Shown here in pieces: positions 57,955-64,000 of a stretch of 64,000 bases of DNA. Positions within the stretch are counted from its first letter, which is position 1; each line of letters begins with the position of its first letter. Source of the DNA: an uncultured delta proteobacterium (GTDB lineage: Bacteria; Bdellovibrionota; FAC87; UBA2466); the NCBI GenBank assembly GCA_963778115.1, contig CAVZSV010000004.1, positions 64,001-128,000 of the forward strand, given 5' to 3'. The notes beneath the pieces were generated by a model. The model was not told where the DNA came from. It worked only from the letters and a program-made list of their open reading frames with translations, and did not search any database. The position numbers and the translations under genes were made by a program.

Positions 57955-60741
57955 TTGGGGGATACCTTGGGAAGATTTACGCAGATTTCGATTACCCTTC
58001 TTATCTTTTTTGTCTTTTCCAACTGCCTCTTTGGCGAAAGCACTCCCCCCGAAGTTCCGGCATTATTAAGAGATCTCTCCATGATCACTTCTGATAGTAG
58101 CGGGAATTTCTCATACACCAGGCCGCATATACCCCCGCACCGAACAAGTGCGGACGGCAGAGTGGCTTTGGCCATAAAAATGGTGAACAAAAATCTCAAC
58201 TTCTCTTTGTTTGCTCCGGAAGGTTTAGCCGGAAACTTTACTCTCTCAGCACCCGACACCTCGATCATCCAAAGTCTCTTTCCTGTAAATGAATCGAATT
58301 TCTATTCCAAAGCGAGTATTGCTAGCAATTTTGCCACCGGCGGATTGGCAGCACACCGGACGATCTGCGACGTAGGATCGGATTTTCCTTCCGCTTCCAC
58401 GGTTTCCAATCCCCAAGTCTGTGCGAATGATTCAAGTCACGATTGTTATTTTTTGACCGTAATCATGAGTTACATCGGTACGAATGTGACGACCGGCGCT
58501 CCTCAGTCCCAATTGTGGGGAACTCCCATAACGGTTGAAGTTTCCAATCCCAAGACAGCAAGAGCAGCCATCGTGAGCATTACCCCAGGAACTCCACGAG
58601 GGGGGCCGCTTCTGCCTTTCTCTACGGTTTTTGAGCCAATGACGACGACAGACGGTCGCCTCCTCGTGGGACGTATTGGAGGCTCTTCTCTCACTTGGAC
58701 CAGCAATAATGGTGTTTCAGTAACCGGGAATTACGACATGATTTACTCGGTAGCTAGCCCCGGCCATTCATGTGACGTCACTCAATGGGCTCAAAATAAT
58801 ATTTATCCCATCAGCCATGCTCCGTTTGACCCTACCGTTAACCAGACTTATCCCTTTGCTTACTATCCTTTTCGGGATCCTGAGAACAATGCGATTGCCG
58901 ATGGGGTGGAGCTAGGAGCTACCTATCCTTGGATCGACAGACGCGGGAGAAATCTTTTTTTTAGCACCTTTGGAAGCAACCTTTACCAAAAGACTTCGAC
59001 GGGAACGACTACCGCATATCCTACTCAATGCGTTCCCAATACGAACTGTAACCTCGCTCCCTCACAAGTGTCTGATGTGGAGAACCCGGGAAACACGCGA
59101 GGGCTGTCAGTCATGGGTCTTTGGACCAGCGGAAAGATGGTGATGTTGGATGGAGTCCTAAACAACATCGACTTTGGGCTAATGACAACGCCTGAATCAC
59201 AGCGGCTCATTCAGCTTTACCAACCCTCTTCCGCAACGACATTGCCAATTTTCACTACCTCGTCGAGTGCTGCCCCCTCCTCCACGGGAGATCCCACGTG
59301 GGTTCAGGTGGGGGCGGGGCGTGACATCAACGTCTATACGACACTTGCCAAACTGCCGAGCGGTCCTTTCAACACCACCTTAGTGGATTCCCTAGAAAAT
59401 CTCTTCATGTATCTGCCCAAGATGAAATTTGTAACCTCGCGGGATGTGGTGTGGACCCTAAATAACGGGAAAACGAGCCAAGAAGTTGCTTTCGACGATT
59501 TTTTGGATCCCAATGTGCTTATCTATTCCGAAATGAACGCGTCTTTAACTTGGAAAGCGGGAGCTTTAGAGTACCAAGATGGAATTAACACCAAAAAGGC
59601 CATCCATGTTCAAAACGCGGCAACCTCACTTATCCACGCGGTTCCGCCGTATGGAATCGTCCATGGAACGACACGCATCGAGCCCGTCGCATTAGGCGGA
59701 ATCAGCGGACGTGGGTTGTGGCTAAACGGAACGGACACCTACATTCAATACCCTTTGGTCAATCAAACTTTCACCACCCCAGACCTCTTTTTTAGTATGT
59801 TCGTAGATCCCCGCCCCGTAAGTGGGTGGCAGCAGCAGCAACTGGTAACATTCCCCAATAACACGTCCATTGTGCTAATGAATAATCACACCGTAGGTTA
59901 TGTCGACGCCTCGAATAAAATCATTCATCAAATTAAACTTCCCTGGAATTTAAAAAGTGGCGCCTGGGAGAATTTGCAAATGTCTTACGCCGTGGCAGAC
60001 ACCGCAACTTCCGGCACTTACGCTCAAACCATCCGTTTTTACGTGCGTGGAATGGCCGTCGATGAGTGGACTATTAATGAACAGGGAGCCAATAAACTTT
60101 TTGATTTAGGACCAGGGAACTTGCTCATCGGAGGAGGTGCCAGTTCTCAAGGAGGAAATTTTCGCGGTTGGATCGACGAAGTGAAGCTTATTAAATATAT
60201 TCCGACGGCTGAAGTAATCTGTAATCATGCGCGGGGCACTCTATTATCGGCGCCAAAGACCTATACGGGAGGCTTGGCACTTCTGGCGCAACGCTATCCC
60301 GCCTGGACTCAGACTGAGATTCAAAATTTGGTGGGTGATCCGGTTACCAACTACTATGGTTGCGGAACCTCTTGGACGATGAATGAAGTTGGCTACGTCG
60401 CAGTTCGACCCAGCGCCGTTACGGACTTGCGTACACGACTCACCATGGGCAATTATGCGCTTGTGTACGGACAACCCCGCCCTGATTTTTCCAACGATGT
60501 TTTTTGTCAGAGTTGCCATGTGAATAGCTCCACTAGATATTCGACGCTTCAAACGGCGGCACTTCAACCTAAGACGGGGGTCGATATGCAAAACGACAGT
60601 CGTCGGCAACCATTGCAACCGCCAAGGCTTATGTTCGGGAATATCCCGGCAGACCTGTTCCCCAATTTTCTACCTTCAACGGAACAGACCGCACCTCCGG
60701 AAGGTGCTTTGCAAGATCAGTGGTTCTATCCACGCAATTAG
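57955..60741 (+). CDS. Large exported protein with LamG-like domain and C-terminal CxxCH
   Basis: Hydrophobic N-terminus; FRGWIDEVKL LamG-like end; CQSCH near the C-terminus; start uncertain. Confidence 0.82.
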   Translation: MGDTLGRFTQISITLLIFFVFSNCLFGESTPPEVPALLRDLSMITSDSSGNFSYTRPHIPPHRTSADGRVALAIKMVNKNLNFSLFAPEGLAGNFTLSAPDTSIIQSLFPVNESNFYSKASIASNFATGGLAAHRTICDVGSDFPSASTVSNPQVCANDSSHDCYFLTVIMSYIGTNVTTGAPQSQLWGTPITVEVSNPKTARAAIVSITPGTPRGGPLLPFSTVFEPMTTTDGRLLVGRIGGSSLTWTSNNGVSVTGNYDMIYSVASPGHSCDVTQWAQNNIYPISHAPFDPTVNQTYPFAYYPFRDPENNAIADGVELGATYPWIDRRGRNLFFSTFGSNLYQKTSTGTTTAYPTQCVPNTNCNLAPSQVSDVENPGNTRGLSVMGLWTSGKMVMLDGVLNNIDFGLMTTPESQRLIQLYQPSSATTLPIFTTSSSAAPSSTGDPTWVQVGAGRDINVYTTLAKLPSGPFNTTLVDSLENLFMYLPKMKFVTSRDVVWTLNNGKTSQEVAFDDFLDPNVLIYSEMNASLTWKAGALEYQDGINTKKAIHVQNAATSLIHAVPPYGIVHGTTRIEPVALGGISGRGLWLNGTDTYIQYPLVNQTFTTPDLFFSMFVDPRPVSGWQQQQLVTFPNNTSIVLMNNHTVGYVDASNKIIHQIKLPWNLKSGAWENLQMSYAVADTATSGTYAQTIRFYVRGMAVDEWTINEQGANKLFDLGPGNLLIGGGASSQGGNFRGWIDEVKLIKYIPTAEVICNHARGTLLSAPKTYTGGLALLAQRYPAWTQTEIQNLVGDPVTNYYGCGTSWTMNEVGYVAVRPSAVTDLRTRLTMGNYALVYGQPRPDFSNDVFCQSCHVNSSTRYSTLQTAALQPKTGVDMQNDSRRQPLQPPRLMFGNIPADLFPNFLPSTEQTAPPEGALQDQWFYPRN

Positions 60742-60744
60742 TCT

Positions 60745-61803
60745 TTAAGACTTGGTCGCTTGAATGGGTCTTAAGGAGATAAGAATCCATCCGAAAAGAA
60801 GGATTCCCATGAGACTATATTCTAAGTCTCCGAGCTTCCAGTAGTCACTTCCCTCAACCCTGCTAGACACTATCATTTGATATACCAACACGCCGATATA
60901 ACTGACCGAGACGACAGCGAGAGCTTTATCGGTCCACGATCGTTTTAAATAGAGTAGGCCGCAAGCGGCCACGGCTAAGAGCCATCCCCATTCATGAACG
61001 ATATGAATAGGCCCATCGCCTTTTTCCAAAAGAGAGTCGGCAACCGGAATCAGGTAATGCGTAATAATAACGTAGACGAGAAAGCTTACGACACCCCAGA
61101 AGAAATTTTCTTTGGAGTGGTTTCGGTGAGGAGCCGACTCCGGCCCTAACAAGAAAAAACCGCAGAAAAGGCCCAACACGGGGAAGAGCTGGCGTAGGAC
61201 ATAAAAACTAGCCCCTTCGGCCATGTACTGGCCCACCGTGGGAAGGGTTCCTAGTACATCGTTCAACAGGAAAAAAGAGAAAAAGGTGGAAATAGCTAGT
61301 AGAAAACTAAACGCTCGAGGGATTCGACACCTGTCGTAAACCAAAGAAGCGAGCACACACCCCGGAATGGCAACGAGCATGACTTCGTTAAAATCCATGA
61401 TCTCTTTAAAGCCACCTCGGTAAAACCCAAAAGCGACAATAGGGGCTGTCGTCAGTGCCGAAAAAGTAACGACTCTCCAGAATTTTAGTTTCCATTTGTC
61501 GATTTGCGGTAAGGCCATTAGCGAAATGGGTAGGGCAAGAACCGCATGGATGGCGCCCCAATAGAAGAAAAAACTAAGGACCAGGGAGAGCAACGTCTTT
61601 TCCCAGCCATGAGAGGAGGAAGCAAGAAAGGTAAAGTGGCAAAGGCCCGCCGCCCAAGCCACCGGCAGATATGCCATGACCAAAAAAAAGCTAATCGCCC
61701 AATCCCTCCAAGGCACCGGAGGGGAGATAAGAATGTCGTCATCGGAGAATTGGGAATCGTCGTTATTATCGCGAGTAGACGAAAGCCTAAGTTTTTTTAA
61801 CAT
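60745..61803 (-). CDS. Hypothetical polytopic membrane protein
   Basis: About ten hydrophobic segments. Confidence 0.75.
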   Translation of the reverse strand: MLKKLRLSSTRDNNDDSQFSDDDILISPPVPWRDWAISFFLVMAYLPVAWAAGLCHFTFLASSSHGWEKTLLSLVLSFFFYWGAIHAVLALPISLMALPQIDKWKLKFWRVVTFSALTTAPIVAFGFYRGGFKEIMDFNEVMLVAIPGCVLASLVYDRCRIPRAFSFLLAISTFFSFFLLNDVLGTLPTVGQYMAEGASFYVLRQLFPVLGLFCGFFLLGPESAPHRNHSKENFFWGVVSFLVYVIITHYLIPVADSLLEKGDGPIHIVHEWGWLLAVAACGLLYLKRSWTDKALAVVSVSYIGVLVYQMIVSSRVEGSDYWKLGDLEYSLMGILLFGWILISLRPIQATKS

Positions 61804-61875
61804 AGTTTACTAAGTATATTGAAGATGACCGTGATCTCGATATGTTTTTGTTGCTGGAGTTCTAACGCTACCGGT

Positions 61876-62418
61876 CTAGTTTCCGGCTATGGCGGTCAGG
61901 TTGTTGGGAAGCCTGGGATCCTGCTCTAGATTACATTCAATGGGAGTGTTATCGGTAATCGAAACAGAAGTTCTTGAGCCATAGTTTGCGATCTGGAGGT
62001 CTTTGCAACTTACCAAGACCGTCAATTTGGCGCCCACTAGTTCGGTCGTAACGTCGCAGGAGGTGGGTGCCGTTTCACTGTTGATGTTCTCCCATACCCT
62101 TCCCTCTCTATCGTAAAACTTAACTGAACCCACCGTAGGATGATCGACGGTCATATGAAGAGACGGGGAGCGTGCATTCTCCGCAATAGAGCGAAAGTTA
62201 TTGATCTGTAGTGACAGGTATCCCAAACGTTTGTTGTCAGCATCGCCGACTCTAACCTTGAGATCGGCGCCCAAAAAATTACAGATCGCGGAATCGACCA
62301 CGTAAGGGATCTGCCTTCCCATTTCGATGACAATGTTCTGGGCTATTAAAGAAGACGGCAGCAAGGCCACGAGCGAACCTAAGAGCACCACAAAAAACCG
62401 CAATACGCCCCTACTCAT
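61876..62418 (-). CDS. Hypothetical exported protein (four Cys)
   Basis: GAGGG SD before ATG 62418; signal peptide; strong promoter upstream. Confidence 0.75.
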   Translation of the reverse strand: MSRGVLRFFVVLLGSLVALLPSSLIAQNIVIEMGRQIPYVVDSAICNFLGADLKVRVGDADNKRLGYLSLQINNFRSIAENARSPSLHMTVDHPTVGSVKFYDREGRVWENINSETAPTSCDVTTELVGAKLTVLVSCKDLQIANYGSRTSVSITDNTPIECNLEQDPRLPNNLTAIAGN

Positions 62419-62459
62419 TGGATCCCTCAAATGCAAAAGAAGACTCTTAAAGTGGGGGG

Positions 62460-62488
62460 AATATACCTCAAATAACGCGACATGTCAA
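62460..62488 (-). promoter_or_regulatory. sigma70 promoter
   Basis: Minus-strand TTGACA-17 nt-TATATT. Confidence 0.7.
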
Positions 62489-62630
62489 AGTCGGTACCGA
62501 GCGGCTCCCCCCTTCTACTTCCCCCCGTAAAAGCCCTGTCTAGTGTTTAGTAAGTAGACAATAGACTAGGCAATAACAGTCACCTTTTAAACTATAACGT
62601 TGAAATCATTGTATTTTCAGGTGTCTTAAA

Positions 62631-62647
62631 CCGGAACACCCCTTGCA
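62631..62647 (+). promoter_or_regulatory. Putative sigma54 promoter
   Basis: CCGGAACACCCCTTGCA (GG-N10-GC); upstream dyad TGTCTA-N12-TAGACA near 62537-62560. Confidence 0.55.
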
Positions 62648-62683
62648 CTACACACAAAGTGGGCGGCAGGACGTGGGATAAAA

Positions 62684-64000
62684 ATGCAGTGGGTGTCTAA
62701 CATTAACAAAGCGGTAGCGGCTTCACTTGTACTGGTGATGGCCCTAACCCTGTCGGGTAGGCCGAGCTTTGCCGCGGAGGAAGACTCCCACGGCAGCGGC
62801 GTTATCGCTCCTGGGATCTCAAAAGACGATGTCGCCAACACGGTGGACTCCTCTTGGGATGACAACTGGAAGATTTGGAACGCGCTAAGTAACCCTTTTA
62901 CGTTCATGCTCTATGCCGGATGGACGATGAATGCTTTCTACGGCCTTAAATTTATCAATTCCGTTGCCACTCCCGAGGAACTTCTCGTTCGTCGCGATAG
63001 AAAGAAACTCCTTGAAACAGAACTCGAGGACAAACTCATTCAATATCGCTTAAGAGAGCTCGAGGCCCAATCCCCTGGATTCGTGGACCGTCTTTCTAAC
63101 TTACGACATGAAATCGACTTCAGGAATAAGACCATCGATGGACTCGAAAAAGAACTAGCCAGGATCACTAACCATGCCCACACCACGGGACAGAAAAATC
63201 CCATGGAACCCCATCTTCGAAATACGATAGCCCAACAGAAGCAAGCCCTGGTGAAACTAGAGGCCGAGAATGGGCGAATCAAGCGACTCATTGAAGACGA
63301 GCCCACCGGTTTCTTTAAGGCTAGAAATCACATCAATGCGCTGGAGAAATTAGACAAAGCGATGGACACCTTGATGAAAGAGGCCGTCGATCAGAGCAAT
63401 CGGTTCGGGAGCTCGAGCGTCAATGATCGAGCTGCACTTTTCGAAGGCGTCAACGCTTGGAATCGTGGAGAAGGCTTACGAAAATTTTCGACGTGGCTCA
63501 ATTCGACGTCAGGCCAAAAATTTCTGAAAGCGCAAACGATGACTTATCGCGACGGCCGGACGGAAACGCGAAGAAATGCCGAGGGCAAGACCTGGAAAGA
63601 ACGTTACGACTCGACTATCCAACAAGCGGAAGAACACGCTCGCAAAGTCGTAAGTATCTATAATCCTGTGGCCGAAAAACACAATCTGCATTATCCCGAT
63701 AAGAAAGTTGATTTTCTTGAAGTGCTCGATGGCAACCATGGCACTAACTTCAAGCGATTCGCCTTAGTGAGTGAAATCAGCGATACGCCGCAGAAGAAAA
63801 TGGTGGCGGAGAAGTTAGGACGGGGAAACGGTGAGATAGAACTAACGAAGACGATTAACTTGGGCCAAGTGCTTCCTCAATTTAATCTGGCTTGCGATGA
63901 AGCGCTAAAAGCGATGTACGATGAAGCCGTCCATCTCGATAAGCTGGCACGTCAGACTTGGTATCGAAACCCTCTTATTCACGCTTCTTTGATGGGAGCC
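62684..64000 (+). CDS. Hypothetical exported coiled-coil protein, partial (runs off the right edge)
   Basis: Not in the ORF track. My translation MQWVSNINKAVAASLVLVMALTLSGRPSFA-AEED... stays open to the window end; one hydrophobic segment then a long coiled coil. Confidence 0.8.
   Translation, partial: MQWVSNINKAVAASLVLVMALTLSGRPSFAAEEDSHGSGVIAPGISKDDVANTVDSSWDDNWKIWNALSNPFTFMLYAGWTMNAFYGLKFINSVATPEELLVRRDRKKLLETELEDKLIQYRLRELEAQSPGFVDRLSNLRHEIDFRNKTIDGLEKELARITNHAHTTGQKNPMEPHLRNTIAQQKQALVKLEAENGRIKRLIEDEPTGFFKARNHINALEKLDKAMDTLMKEAVDQSNRFGSSSVNDRAALFEGVNAWNRGEGLRKFSTWLNSTSGQKFLKAQTMTYRDGRTETRRNAEGKTWKERYDSTIQQAEEHARKVVSIYNPVAEKHNLHYPDKKVDFLEVLDGNHGTNFKRFALVSEISDTPQKKMVAEKLGRGNGEIELTKTINLGQVLPQFNLACDEALKAMYDEAVHLDKLARQTWYRNPLIHASLMGA

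Noticed and set aside
62626..63739. Short track ORFs at the right end
   Set aside because: Shadows of the long + strand ORF starting at 62684

Overview
A chromosomal window of roughly balanced GC content from a bacterium whose gene content suggests the Bdellovibrionota/deltaproteobacterial group (inference, not a database result). The core blocks are acpP-fabF-rpiB-glyA-nusB-(M17-like)-hflX-ppsR, metF (frameshifted)-gcvT ... gcvH-gcvPA-gcvPB, alr, rnpB, and tgt-yajC-secD-secF-asnS. They are interleaved with many orphan secreted or surface proteins: Ig-repeat adhesins, a delta-60 propeller lipoprotein, clostripain, and three large exported proteins ending in a single CxxCH heme motif. Non-coding signals: (1) a near-consensus sigma54 promoter at 10437 with no gene downstream, followed by a ~230-nt structured, terminator-capped candidate sRNA; (2) five more sigma54-type promoters, each ahead of an orphan exported protein; (3) a 29-bp REP-like palindrome in 5 copies, plus a related 60-bp palindrome after rnpB; (4) an RNase P RNA that appears to lack P13/P14; (5) a ~1.33-kb DDE insertion sequence with inverted repeats and a target duplication. 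No CRISPR, rRNA or tRNA was seen.
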